A stretch of 64,000 nucleotides of DNA, taken from assembly GCA_046051225.1 (NCBI GenBank), contig JBJOOR010000001.1:39584-103583 (forward strand), written 5' to 3'. Positions 10,507 through 20,882 of the stretch are shown one piece after another. Positions within the stretch are counted from its first letter, which is position 1; every line of letters starts with the position of its first letter. A model generated the notes under the pieces. That model made no database searches, was not told where the DNA came from, and was given only the letters and a program-made list of their open reading frames with translations. The position numbers and the translations under genes were made by a program. The stretch comes from Bacteroidota bacterium. Lineage in GTDB: Bacteria; Bacteroidota; Bacteroidia; Chitinophagales; CAIODY01.

Positions 10507-13500
10507 ATGCAATTTTCACACCTCCATTCTCATACTCAATATTCATTGCTTGATGGTGCAAGCGGCATTAGTCAGTTAGTTGACAAAGCTGTTAAGGATA
10601 ACATGCAAGCTATTGCTATCACTGACCACGGCAATATGTTTGGTGTTTTTAAATTCGTAAATGAATGTCAGAAGAAAAACATTAAACCCATAATTGGTTG
10701 CGAATTTTATGTGGTGGAAGACCGTCATAAAAAAACTTTCACCAAAGAAAATTTAGATAAACGCTATCATCAATTGATGTTAGCGAAAAATACAACTGGC
10801 TATCAAAACTTGAGCAAACTCTGCTCTCTTGGCTACATTGAAGGCTTATACAGCAAATGGCCAAGGATTGATAAATCATTAGTGGAACAATATCACGAAG
10901 GCTTAATTGCTACTACTTGTTGTTTGGGTGCAATGGTTCCGCAAATGATTTTGAACGAAAGCGAAGAAAAAGCAGAAGAAGAATTCAAATGGTGGTTGAA
11001 TATTTTTGGCGAAGATTATTATGTTGAATTACAGCGCCATAGCCTACCCGAGCAAGATAAAGTGAATGAAGTGTTGTTGCGTTTTGCAAAAAAATACAAC
11101 GTAAAAATTATTGCAACCAATGATTCGCATTATGTTGAACAACAAGATTCTAACGCCCATGATATTTTGTTGTGTGTGAATACTGGCGAAAATCAAAGCA
11201 CCAAAATTGGCGATGCCAAGAATGAAAGATTTGGTTTTCCGAACAACGAATTTTATTTCAAGACCACAGCACAAATGGAAAAATTATTTTCTGATGTGCC
11301 TGCAAGTATTGATAATACTAATGAAATTGTAGATAAGGTAGATAATCTGAAATTGAAAAAAGATATTCTGTTGCCTGCATTTCCAATTCCACAAAATTTT
11401 GCCAATGCTGATGAATATTTACGTCATCTCACTTTTGAAGGTGCAAAAAAACGCTACAAAGATTTGAATGCCGAAACTGAAGAGCGAATCAATTTTGAAT
11501 TGGATGTAATCCTGAAAATGGGATTTGCTGGTTACTTTTTAATTGTGAGTGATTTCATTCGAAAAGGAAAAGAAATAGGTGTAATGGTTGGACCCGGACG
11601 TGGCTCTGCTGCTGGTTCAGTAGTAGCATATTGTATTGAGATTACGAACATCGACCCGATGAAATACAATTTGCTGTTTGAAAGATTTTTAAATCCTGAC
11701 CGAAAATCAATGCCCGATATTGATACAGATTTTGATGATGAAGGAAGGCAACGGGTGATTGATTATGTGGTAGATAAATACGGAAAAAATCAGGTGGCTC
11801 AAATTGTTACTTACGGCACAATGGCTGCCAAATCAAGCATTAAGGATGTTGCAAGGGTAATGGAATTGCCTTTGAATGATGCGAATGCATTGGTGAAATT
11901 TGTAGCGGATAAACCTGGTACATCGTTGCATCGCTTGCTGAATGCACCTTTGACAGGAAAAGATTCGTTAGAAGAGAAAGAAGAATTAAAGCAAGATGAT
12001 ATTGCCAATGCCAAACGACTTCGTGAAATACGCTCTGGTAGCGACTTGCAAGCAAAGGTTTTGCAAGAAGCAGAAAAGTTAGAAGGCTCGGTTCGTAACA
12101 CAGGCATTCATGCGGCTGGTATCATCATCGCCCCGAAAGACTTGACAGACTTGATTCCTGTGTACATTCAAAAAGATTCGCCGCTTTGGGTTACACAAAT
12201 TGAAGGCACTATGATTGAAGATGCTGGTGTCATCAAGATGGATTTTTTGGGTTTGAAAACTTTGAGCATTATTAAAAATGCTTTGGAATTAATCAAACAA
12301 AATCACGGTGTTGAAATTGATATTGATAACATTCCATTAGATGATGAAAAAACTTTTCAATTGTATCAAAGTGGAAATGTGGTGGGTATTTTTCAGTTTG
12401 AAGCCGAGCATGTGCCTTCGATTTTAAGGCAGATGAAACCCAATACCATTGAGGATTTGATTGCATTGAATGCATTGAATCGTCCTGGTCCACAAGAATA
12501 TATTCCGAATTATATTGCCCGAAAACATGGCAAAGAAAAAGTAGAATACGACTTACCAGAGTTGGAAGAATATTTGAAAGAAACTTATGGCATCACTGTT
12601 TATCAGGAACAGGTGATGTTGTTGAGTCAGTCCATCGCTGGCTTCAGTAAAGGCGATGCAGACGTGTTGCGAAAAGCAATGGGAAAAAAGCAATTGAGTG
12701 TGTTGGAAAAAATGAAAGCACAATTCATTGATGGAGCAACAGCCAAAGGTCATCCGAAAAATAAGTTGGAAAAAATTTGGGAAGACTGGACAAAGTTTGC
12801 ACAATATGCTTTCAACAAATCGCACTCGGCTTGCTATGCGGTAGTAAGTTATCAAACGGCTTATTTAAAAGCACATTACCCACATGAGTTTATGGCGGCA
12901 TTGCTCAACAACTCGGCAAGCATTGATAAAATTACGTATTTTATGGAAGAATGCAAACGCATGAACATTGATATTTTAGGCCCAAATATTAATGAAAGCG
13001 GAAAAGAATTTTTGGTAAACAAAGCTGGTAAAATTCGATTTGCATTAAGCGGCATTAAAGGTTTGGGCGATGCAGCGGTTGAAGGCATAATGTTGGAACG
13101 TAATAATAAAGGCGCTTTCATATCATTTTTTGATATGATGAAACGAGTGAACTTACGAACCACCAACAAAAAAAGTTTAGAAGCATTAGCCATGGCTGGT
13201 GCATTAGATGATTTTAATGCTGGGCATCGTGCACAATATTTTGAGATAGGAAAAAATGAAGGCACATCATTTATAGAATCTTGTATCCGTTGGGCTGGAC
13301 AAGTACAAGATTCGAAAGTTAGCACTGTTGCCAGTTTGTTTGGTGCTGCACCACAATCAATGGCTGTTAAAGAACCATCATTTCCTGAAGTGCCACACTG
13401 GAGCTTGATAGAAAGATTAAGGCAAGAAAAAGAAGTAACAGGATTTTATTTAAGTGGTCATCCATTAGATACTTTTAAATTAGAAATTGAAAGTTTTACA

Positions 13501-14043
13501 TCAGCTGATTTAACTAATTATACTGAAGTAAAAGATAAGCCCGTAGCCATTGCTGGTATCATTTCAAAAGCAGATATTAGGCTTGATAAAAATGGAAACA
13601 AGTATATTCGATTTACGTTGGAAGACTTTAGAAGCAACGCCGAATTTATGTTGTTTAAAGATGATTATATAAAATTTCATCAGTACTTGGAAGAAGGCAA
13701 TTCTTTATTCATTAAAGGCGTTTACAAACAACGATTTAGAGATAGCAATCAGTTTGAATTTAAGATTAGCACCATTCAATTATTAAGTACAATAAGAGAC
13801 CAAGAAGCTAAAAATGTAGGTATACAAGTTGAAGCGCATTTAGTAAACGAACAATTTATTAAAACCTTAAAAACTATATGTATCAATAATCCTGGAAGAT
13901 GTACATTAAAAGTAAAACTGATTGATGCCGCCGAAAATCATGTAGTATTATTAAAATCGGCAACACAAATTGAACCATCAAATGAATTGATGTCGCAATT
14001 AAAGATTTTACCAATAATGAATTTAAAAGTGAATATGAACTAG
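10507..14043 (+). CDS. dnaE: DNA polymerase III alpha subunit
   Basis: PHP domain start MQFSHLHSHTQYSLLDG, GPGRGSAAGS, DIDTDF, NKSHSACYA. The ORF track extends to TTG 10456. The ATG at 10507 matches the conserved N-terminus. Confidence 0.95.
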   Translation: MQFSHLHSHTQYSLLDGASGISQLVDKAVKDNMQAIAITDHGNMFGVFKFVNECQKKNIKPIIGCEFYVVEDRHKKTFTKENLDKRYHQLMLAKNTTGYQNLSKLCSLGYIEGLYSKWPRIDKSLVEQYHEGLIATTCCLGAMVPQMILNESEEKAEEEFKWWLNIFGEDYYVELQRHSLPEQDKVNEVLLRFAKKYNVKIIATNDSHYVEQQDSNAHDILLCVNTGENQSTKIGDAKNERFGFPNNEFYFKTTAQMEKLFSDVPASIDNTNEIVDKVDNLKLKKDILLPAFPIPQNFANADEYLRHLTFEGAKKRYKDLNAETEERINFELDVILKMGFAGYFLIVSDFIRKGKEIGVMVGPGRGSAAGSVVAYCIEITNIDPMKYNLLFERFLNPDRKSMPDIDTDFDDEGRQRVIDYVVDKYGKNQVAQIVTYGTMAAKSSIKDVARVMELPLNDANALVKFVADKPGTSLHRLLNAPLTGKDSLEEKEELKQDDIANAKRLREIRSGSDLQAKVLQEAEKLEGSVRNTGIHAAGIIIAPKDLTDLIPVYIQKDSPLWVTQIEGTMIEDAGVIKMDFLGLKTLSIIKNALELIKQNHGVEIDIDNIPLDDEKTFQLYQSGNVVGIFQFEAEHVPSILRQMKPNTIEDLIALNALNRPGPQEYIPNYIARKHGKEKVEYDLPELEEYLKETYGITVYQEQVMLLSQSIAGFSKGDADVLRKAMGKKQLSVLEKMKAQFIDGATAKGHPKNKLEKIWEDWTKFAQYAFNKSHSACYAVVSYQTAYLKAHYPHEFMAALLNNSASIDKITYFMEECKRMNIDILGPNINESGKEFLVNKAGKIRFALSGIKGLGDAAVEGIMLERNNKGAFISFFDMMKRVNLRTTNKKSLEALAMAGALDDFNAGHRAQYFEIGKNEGTSFIESCIRWAGQVQDSKVSTVASLFGAAPQSMAVKEPSFPEVPHWSLIERLRQEKEVTGFYLSGHPLDTFKLEIESFTSADLTNYTEVKDKPVAIAGIISKADIRLDKNGNKYIRFTLEDFRSNAEFMLFKDDYIKFHQYLEEGNSLFIKGVYKQRFRDSNQFEFKISTIQLLSTIRDQEAKNVGIQVEAHLVNEQFIKTLKTICINNPGRCTLKVKLIDAAENHVVLLKSATQIEPSNELMSQLKILPIMNLKVNMN

Positions 14044-14369
14044 TTCCAGTAATTTAAAAATGCCCAAAATTTTCGATTTTGCAAATACTCTAAATCGTGT
14101 TGATGATCGAATGCTTCTAATTCAAAACAAATATTCATTTGCGCTTCAACATGATTTTGATAATGCCATAAATTGGCCAAATATTCGGTAAAATAAATGA
14201 TGTAGTAGGGCAAAATCAACATTTCTAATTGTTGGCGAAAATGAATTTTTTCATGATTTAAAAAAATCTTATCAAATACAAGATTTCTATTTTTTAGCAA
14301 TAAAAACGGGTACATAGCAATACCATGATACGCCAAAAATCTAAATTGAATAGGAATGATAAATCGCAT
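14040..14369 (-). CDS. Small hypothetical protein with HExxH motif
   Basis: 109 aa. LNHEKIHFRQQLE contains HExxH. Overlaps the dnaE stop by 4 nt (convergent). Function unknown. Confidence 0.4.
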   Translation of the reverse strand: MRFIIPIQFRFLAYHGIAMYPFLLLKNRNLVFDKIFLNHEKIHFRQQLEMLILPYYIIYFTEYLANLWHYQNHVEAQMNICFELEAFDHQHDLEYLQNRKFWAFLNYWN

Positions 14370-14446
14370 AAAAATTAATGGTTGTTAAAAAAAGGTTTAA
14401 TGATTGACAACTAAAAAACAAAAAGGTTTAATCAAGCCGAAAAAAA

Positions 14447-15520
14447 ATGAAATTAATTTTATACCAAACAAATCTTCAGTTCGAATATCCTTTTACTATT
14501 TCAAAAGGCACTAAAACACATCAACCATCTTTAATTGTTTGTTTTGATAATGAAGGCATACAAGGCTTTGGTGAAGCCCCTTCTATAAAATACTACAACA
14601 TTTCGGTTGAACAAATGATAGAAGATATAACTCAAGTTTTCAACCTTTTTAAACAACAAAAATTTGCAAGTGCTGCTGAATGTTGGATTTTTTTTAATAC
14701 CTATATTCATCAAAATAATTTTGCAATATGTGCTTTAGATATGGCTATGCACGATTGGTTTTGTAAAAAAAATAAACAATCGCTTTTTGAATCGTTTAAT
14801 ACTGAATGGAAAAACATACCACCAACAGATTATACTTTAGGATTTGATACTATTGAAGTTTTAGAACAAAAAATCATACAGCATCCCATGCCTATTTATA
14901 AAATAAAACTTGGCTTGGGCAATGAAGAAGAGGTGCTTAAAAAAATTACTGAATTAAGTACAGCTAAAATAAGAATTGATTTTAATGAAGGGCTTACAGC
15001 CGATAGATTTTTGCAGCTTTATCCATTATTCGAAAAATATAATATTGAGTTGCTCGAACAGCCACTTCATAAAAATGATAGAGATGGAATGGAGCATATT
15101 TTTAAGCAAAGCAAAATTGATTTGTATGCCGATGAATTTTGTGTAACCGAATATGATGTAGAAAAATGCGTTGGATTATTTGATGGTATAAATATTAAAC
15201 TTACTAAATGTGGCGGCATTACACCAGCCCTACGCATGATAAACAATGCCCATAAATTAGGATTGAAAGTGATGATGGGCAGCATGAATGAAAGCAGCAT
15301 TGGTACAGCAGCAGTAGCTCATTTTTTACCGCAATTAAATAAAGTAGATATGGATGGCATTTTATTGTTAAAAGAAACTTTTGCCTCGGGCATTCGGTTT
15401 AATAAAGATGCAGTGTGTATGCAGCCTACGGGTTTTGGATTGGGCGTAGATGTAGATACCGCTTCGTTATTACCATTTAAAATTATTGAATTAGAAAAAA
15501 TTGCTATTAATCTTTTATAA
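14447..15520 (+). CDS. Dipeptide epimerase (L-Ala-D/L-Glu epimerase type, enolase superfamily)
   Basis: 357 aa. KxK (IYKIKLG), metal ligands DFNEG / LLEQP / YADEF, second catalytic Lys in NIKLTKCGG. Confidence 0.85.
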   Translation: MKLILYQTNLQFEYPFTISKGTKTHQPSLIVCFDNEGIQGFGEAPSIKYYNISVEQMIEDITQVFNLFKQQKFASAAECWIFFNTYIHQNNFAICALDMAMHDWFCKKNKQSLFESFNTEWKNIPPTDYTLGFDTIEVLEQKIIQHPMPIYKIKLGLGNEEEVLKKITELSTAKIRIDFNEGLTADRFLQLYPLFEKYNIELLEQPLHKNDRDGMEHIFKQSKIDLYADEFCVTEYDVEKCVGLFDGINIKLTKCGGITPALRMINNAHKLGLKVMMGSMNESSIGTAAVAHFLPQLNKVDMDGILLLKETFASGIRFNKDAVCMQPTGFGLGVDVDTASLLPFKIIELEKIAINLL

Positions 15521-15932
15521 ATTGCTTTGTCATTACATTTCCCTTTTCATTCGTTACTTTCAGCACATAAATTCCTTTAGTGTAGCAACTTACATCCAAC
15601 AGTATTTCTTGACTTTTTGAATTTATGTATTGTTTTGCAAATACATTTCTGCCCAATACATCTATCACTTCCACTTTTGTGTTTCCTAATAACTGATAAC
15701 TACTAACTGTCAACTTTTCCTCTGTTGGATTTGGATAAACTCTTATAGCTTCATTATTAATTACCTGCTCCTCAATACCAGTAGGACAATTCAATTTACC
15801 TAAAGCAAAATTAGGTGTATTGGGCAAACCACCATCTGCCCAAGGACCTGTTGTATGATTACCAAATTGTATAGCATTTTCAACGAAATTACAGGATAAA
15901 CCCAAGCTATCGGGTTTGTTAATTACATGCAT
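15507..15932 (-). CDS. T9SS C-terminal sorting domain fragment (3' part of a disrupted cargo gene)
   Basis: 141 aa ending in a Por/T9SS CTD-like module (VYPNPTEEKLTVSS...GIYVLKVTNEKGNVMTKQFIKD). Its frame stays open upstream of the Met up to 15956. Confidence 0.6.
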   Translation of the reverse strand: MHVINKPDSLGLSCNFVENAIQFGNHTTGPWADGGLPNTPNFALGKLNCPTGIEEQVINNEAIRVYPNPTEEKLTVSSYQLLGNTKVEVIDVLGRNVFAKQYINSKSQEILLDVSCYTKGIYVLKVTNEKGNVMTKQFIKD

Positions 15933-15948
15933 GTATTCATAACTACCA

Positions 15949-16980
15949 TTATGGACTTATATATATTTTATTATCGGGTGCTAATTCCATCTTAAAAAAC
16001 TGTCTATACTTAATTGTATTTTGACCAACCAACTGAACACTGCTAAGTAAATTAGGAGCCTGCAAATCCATTTGAAAAACATGGTTTCTATCGTTAAAGT
16101 ACAAATACCTACCGTTTGGTGAAAAACAAGCTGCCCACCACATAATAGTATCAGTTGTATTAGAATGAAATATTGTTTGATAGTTACTTAATAATCTTGA
16201 ACATCTATCAAAATCAAATAAGTCCATTTGAAAGGGTTGGTAATAGACATCATTAAATAAATAGCATATTTTATCGCCTTGAAGGGATACATTTCCTGCA
16301 CCACTAAAAGCCAAATTATAGTTAAATCCATTGCCTATAGTTTGTGTACTTTGCTTATGCACACCAACACTATCCACCAATATTTTATAGTATTTATTGC
16401 TTTTGTATTTCCTTACTATTATCCACCAATCTTTACCATTCCCATGCTGTATGGCAAGTACATCAGATTCTGATAATGTATCGCCGCTTAACAATGTTTG
16501 TTCCTTTATCGTTACATCACCTAATCCACCATTTAAAGTTTTATCGACTATTAAATAGTACAATTTTTCTGGAGAATACCCACCATCTACGTTCCATTCC
16601 ATATTCAAATAAAACATATAAAATTTATTGCTGTCATTTGGAAATGGAACAGTTACCGCACCTTTAAATAATGGATTAAATGAACCGCTTGTAGCGTAAG
16701 AAGTAGAATAAGTGCCACTATCAATACCACTTCCATTCGGCATAACCTGCCCATTTTTATCAAATACCCTTAAGGCATTGGTATAAAAAATAGGTTCGCC
16801 ATTTCTATCGCAAATGGAGGTGCATGTATTCTTCAACGTACATGTTTTGTTGCTGTCATTTAGGTTAATCGTTGGGGGGATTGTTCTGAAATCAAGTGCA
16901 CAATGCCTCCCCATGTGCCAATATAAATTAGTAAATTGGCAAAATGAATTAATTGACAAAAGACAAAGGACAAAAGACAA
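15949..16980 (-). CDS. Secreted hypothetical protein (5' part of the same disrupted T9SS cargo gene)
   Basis: 343 aa, TTG start, signal-peptide-like SFVLCLLSINSFCQ. Stops 17 nt before the CTD fragment and in a different frame. Confidence 0.5.
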   Translation of the reverse strand: MSFVLCLLSINSFCQFTNLYWHMGRHCALDFRTIPPTINLNDSNKTCTLKNTCTSICDRNGEPIFYTNALRVFDKNGQVMPNGSGIDSGTYSTSYATSGSFNPLFKGAVTVPFPNDSNKFYMFYLNMEWNVDGGYSPEKLYYLIVDKTLNGGLGDVTIKEQTLLSGDTLSESDVLAIQHGNGKDWWIIVRKYKSNKYYKILVDSVGVHKQSTQTIGNGFNYNLAFSGAGNVSLQGDKICYLFNDVYYQPFQMDLFDFDRCSRLLSNYQTIFHSNTTDTIMWWAACFSPNGRYLYFNDRNHVFQMDLQAPNLLSSVQLVGQNTIKYRQFFKMELAPDNKIYISP

Positions 16981-17008
16981 ATTGTTTTCTTCATTTTTAA
17001 GTTTTTTC

Positions 17009-17272
17009 TTAGTGTGATACAGGCATAGATTGCATCCTTAAATATCTACCTAAATAAATTTTGTTATAAGTTTTCTGATTTTGTTCGGGTAAAAGTTCGG
17101 TTATTATACTTTCATTCAAATTATAAGCTGCTTGGTATTCACCACTATTAATGAATATTTGTACTTGATTAAATTTACCAATATTATTATTGATAACAGT
17201 ATTATACCAAGTAGCAATAGTGCAAGGGTTAGCCTCCTCTCTCAACACTGCATAAAATTTTTCTTTCATCAT
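17009..17272 (-). CDS. Hypothetical small protein
   Basis: 87-aa ORF with no recognisable motif, co-oriented upstream of the T9SS cargo gene. Confidence 0.3.
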   Translation of the reverse strand: MMKEKFYAVLREEANPCTIATWYNTVINNNIGKFNQVQIFINSGEYQAAYNLNESIITELLPEQNQKTYNKIYLGRYLRMQSMPVSH

Positions 17273-17305
17273 TACAAACTTAAATATTTAATTTTTCAAA
17301 ACAGA

Positions 17306-17342
17306 ATAAAAAAAAGCGAACACTTTGTACAAGATGTTCGCT
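17306..17342 (-). terminator. Rho-independent terminator after guaB
   Basis: 8-bp stem agcgaaca (17315-17322) / tgttcgct (17335-17342). On the minus strand it is followed by T8. Confidence 0.65.
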
Positions 17343-17370
17343 TTTTCAAACTTGTTTGTATTCAATAATA

Positions 17371-18849
17371 TTATCGGCTATAGTTAGGAGCTTCTTTAGT
17401 AATCACCACATCGTGTGCATGGCTTTCACGAACACCTGCTGGCGTAATTTTTACAAACTGCGCTTGTTGTAATGCCTTAATATCTTTTGCGCCGCAATAG
17501 CCCATACCAGCACGTAAGCCACCAACAAATTGTATCATCACTTCCGCCATTGTACCTTTAAAAGGCACTCTGCCCACAATTCCTTCGGGTACTAATTTTT
17601 TTATATCCTCTTCCACATCCTGAAAGTATCTGTCTTTGCTGCCATCTTGCATAGCTTCAACCGAGCCCATGCCACGATACGATTTGAATTTTCTGCCTTC
17701 GTAAATAATAGTTTCACCTGGTGATTCTTCTGTACCTGCAAATACACTTCCTGCCATTACAATATCAGCACCTGCGGCAATGGCTTTAACAACATCACCT
17801 GTGTATCTAATTCCACCATCAGCAATAATTGATGTTTTGGTATTTTTTAAAGCTTGCTTAGCTTCGTATATTGCTGTTAATTGAGGTACGCCTGCACCTG
17901 TTACAATACGTGTAGTACAAATAGAACCTGGTCCAATGCCAACTTTTACAGCATCTACGCCTGCATCGCTTAATGCTTTGGCACCTGCACCTGTAGCAAT
18001 ATTGCCAGCAATAATATTTAATTTTGGATATGCTTTGCGAACAGTTTTTACCATTTCTAAAACACCTTTCGAATGTCCATGTGCTGTATCAATTGTAATA
18101 GCATCAGCACCTACATTTACTAATGCTGATACTCTTTCTAATGTGTCTTTTGTAATGCCAACAGCAGCACCTACTAATAATCTACCATGTTTATCTTTGC
18201 TTGCATTAGGATTATTAGTTAGTTTTTGAATGTCTTTATAAGTAATTAACCCAACCAATTTTTTTTGCTTGTTGATTACAGGCAATTTTTCAATTTTATA
18301 TTTCTCTAAAATTTTTTCCGCTTGTTTAAAATCAGTGCCTTCGGGCGCAGTAATCAAATTTGTTTTTGTCATCACTTCACTCACTAATTTTTTGTAATTG
18401 CGTTCGAATCGTAAATCACGATTGGTAATGATGCCTACTAATTCGAAATTTTTATTTACCACAGGAATGCCGCCAATTTTATTTTCTTTCATCAATCTTA
18501 ATGCATCGGCAATAGTAGCATTTTCTAATAAAGTTACAGGGTCTAAAATCATTCCGCTTTCAGCCCGTTTCACTTTTCGTACTTCTTCAGCTTGACGTTC
18601 GATACTCATGTTTTTATGTAAAATACCCATGCCGCCTAATCTGGCTATGGCAATTGCCAATTCCGATTCGGTTACAGTATCCATTGCTGCTGCAATAATG
18701 GGAATGTTAAGCTGCAAATTTTTGGTAAGGAAAGATGATGTATTAACTTCACGTGGTAATACTTGTGAAAATGCAGGAACCAACAGTACATCATCGAAGG
18801 TAAATCCTTCGTAAGAAAACTTTTGAGAAAATAAATTTTTTGTTGCCAT
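17371..18849 (-). CDS. guaB: IMP dehydrogenase
   Basis: TIM barrel with a CBS pair. [11 protein letters not shown] catalytic loop, GGIRYTGD. The track start at 18855 is TTG. ATG at 18849 (MATKNLF) preferred. Confidence 0.95.
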   Translation of the reverse strand: MATKNLFSQKFSYEGFTFDDVLLVPAFSQVLPREVNTSSFLTKNLQLNIPIIAAAMDTVTESELAIAIARLGGMGILHKNMSIERQAEEVRKVKRAESGMILDPVTLLENATIADALRLMKENKIGGIPVVNKNFELVGIITNRDLRFERNYKKLVSEVMTKTNLITAPEGTDFKQAEKILEKYKIEKLPVINKQKKLVGLITYKDIQKLTNNPNASKDKHGRLLVGAAVGITKDTLERVSALVNVGADAITIDTAHGHSKGVLEMVKTVRKAYPKLNIIAGNIATGAGAKALSDAGVDAVKVGIGPGSICTTRIVTGAGVPQLTAIYEAKQALKNTKTSIIADGGIRYTGDVVKAIAAGADIVMAGSVFAGTEESPGETIIYEGRKFKSYRGMGSVEAMQDGSKDRYFQDVEEDIKKLVPEGIVGRVPFKGTMAEVMIQFVGGLRAGMGYCGAKDIKALQQAQFVKITPAGVRESHAHDVVITKEAPNYSR

Positions 18850-19005
18850 GCGCAAAGGTATAGAAAAAATTTATTCATCAAATTTAATTTCTGATTTTAA
18901 AATCGGTTTTCAAAAATCACACTTTTTTATTTTTTTAAATCGAAACAAAAAAAGTTGAACTATATTTGCCATCATTCATAATAAAATTATTTATCACAAT
19001 AAAAC

Positions 19006-20070
19006 ATGAAAATAGCATTAGTAACAGGCTCGGGCGGATTAATTGGCAGCGAATCAGTAGAATTTATGGCTGATAAATTTGATTTGGTAATTGGCATTGA
19101 TAATGATATGCGTCAATATTTTTTTGGCACCGAAGCATCAACCAATTGGAATGTTGAATTTTTGAAAAACAAATATTCAAATTACAAACATTATAGCTGC
19201 GATATAAGAGAATACAATGCCTTAGAAAAAGTATTTAAAGAATATGGTAATGATATAAAATTGATTATTCATACAGCCGCTCAACCCAGCCACGATTGGG
19301 CTGCCCGTGAGCCTTTTACCGATTTTAGTGTAAATGCAAATGGCACTTTAAATATGTTGGAATTGATGCGATTAAATTGCCCCGATTCGGTTTTTATATT
19401 TACCAGCACAAATAAAGTATATGGCGATAATCCCAATTATTTACCACTAGTTGAATTAGATTCGAGATGGGAAATAGACGAATCGCATCCGTATTATAAA
19501 AATGGTATTGATGAATACATGAGTATCGATCATACCAAACATTCGCTTTTTGGCGCATCAAAAGTAGCTGCCGATATTATGGCGCAAGAATATGGCAAAT
19601 ATTTCAAATTAAAAATTGGTGTATTTCGTGGTGGTTGTTTAACTGGTCCAAGGCATAGTGGCGCTATGCTTCATGGCTTTTTATCTTACTTAATGAAATG
19701 CGCCATTACAGGCAATCATTACACAGTATTTGGCTATAAAGGCAAGCAAGTACGTGATAATATACATAGCTACGATTTAGTAAATATGTTTTGGCATTTT
19801 TATCAAAATCCTAAAATGGGCGAAGCATATAATGCTGGTGGCGGAAGATTTAGCAATTGCTCAATGCAAGAAGGCATAACACTTTGCGAAGAAATATCGG
19901 GCAATAAAATGAATTATACTTATGCTGATGACAATCGTATCGGCGATCATATTTGGTATATTAGCGATGTTTCGAAATTTAAAAATCATTATCCTGAATG
20001 GAACTATAAATATGATTTAAAAATTACGTTATCGCAAATTCATGATGAAATGATGAAGAGAATAAAATAA
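19006..20070 (+). CDS. NAD-dependent epimerase/dehydratase (extended SDR, CDP-tyvelose/paratose 2-epimerase-like)
   Basis: 354 aa. [10 protein letters not shown] Rossmann motif, [17 protein letters not shown]. The expected YxxxK position reads FGASK. Confidence 0.8.
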   Translation: MKIALVTGSGGLIGSESVEFMADKFDLVIGIDNDMRQYFFGTEASTNWNVEFLKNKYSNYKHYSCDIREYNALEKVFKEYGNDIKLIIHTAAQPSHDWAAREPFTDFSVNANGTLNMLELMRLNCPDSVFIFTSTNKVYGDNPNYLPLVELDSRWEIDESHPYYKNGIDEYMSIDHTKHSLFGASKVAADIMAQEYGKYFKLKIGVFRGGCLTGPRHSGAMLHGFLSYLMKCAITGNHYTVFGYKGKQVRDNIHSYDLVNMFWHFYQNPKMGEAYNAGGGRFSNCSMQEGITLCEEISGNKMNYTYADDNRIGDHIWYISDVSKFKNHYPEWNYKYDLKITLSQIHDEMMKRIK

Positions 20071-20118
20071 AATAATTCGCTTTTTATTTGAAAAAATAAA
20101 ATTGCTAAACATAAGCCA

Positions 20119-20850
20119 ATGCTTTTATCCATAGTAATTCCAGCATACAATGAAGAAGGTTCAATAATAGAAACATTGGAAACATTATATGCTGAATTAA
20201 TGCAATCAAATGTACCACATGAAATTGTGGTAGTAAACGATAATTCGAAAGATAGTACCGAAAGTATTTTGATTGAATTACAAAAAAAAATTCCAACATT
20301 GGTTTATTATACCAACAAAGGTCCTAACGGATTTGGCTATGCCATTAGATATGGCTTAGAAAGATTTAAAGGCGATGCAGTAGCAGTAATGATGGCAGAT
20401 TTATCAGATTCGCCACAAGATTTAGTAAAATTTTACAATAAATTATTAGAAGGCTACGATTGTGTATTTGGCACACGATGGGGCAAAGGCGGCAGTGTAC
20501 ACGATTATCCTGCAACGAAAAAAATAATAAACCGAGTAGCCAATATGATTATTCGAATGTTTATGCGCATACATTATAACGATACCACTAACGCCTTTAA
20601 AATGTATCGTAAAGAAGTAATTGAAGGCTTAAAACCTTTCTTATCGCCACATTTCAACTTAACCATCGAGTTGCCTTTAAAAGCTATTATTAGAGGATAT
20701 ACTTATACTGTAGTACCCAATTCGTGGCGCAATAGAAAAGCCGGCGAATCGAAATTAAAAATTAAAGAAATGGGTAGCCGATATTTTTTTATTCTAATGT
20801 ATTGCTGGATTGAAAAACAATTTTCAAGAGGTGATTATAAAAGAAAATAA
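20119..20850 (+). CDS. Family 2 glycosyltransferase (polyprenyl-phosphate sugar synthase-like)
   Basis: 243 aa. LSIVIPAYNEEGSI, VVVNDNSKDST, MMADLSD (DxD-type). Confidence 0.85.
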   Translation: MLLSIVIPAYNEEGSIIETLETLYAELMQSNVPHEIVVVNDNSKDSTESILIELQKKIPTLVYYTNKGPNGFGYAIRYGLERFKGDAVAVMMADLSDSPQDLVKFYNKLLEGYDCVFGTRWGKGGSVHDYPATKKIINRVANMIIRMFMRIHYNDTTNAFKMYRKEVIEGLKPFLSPHFNLTIELPLKAIIRGYTYTVVPNSWRNRKAGESKLKIKEMGSRYFFILMYCWIEKQFSRGDYKRK

Positions 20851-20882
20851 TTCACTTTGACCTCACCAATAAAATTTTCAAA

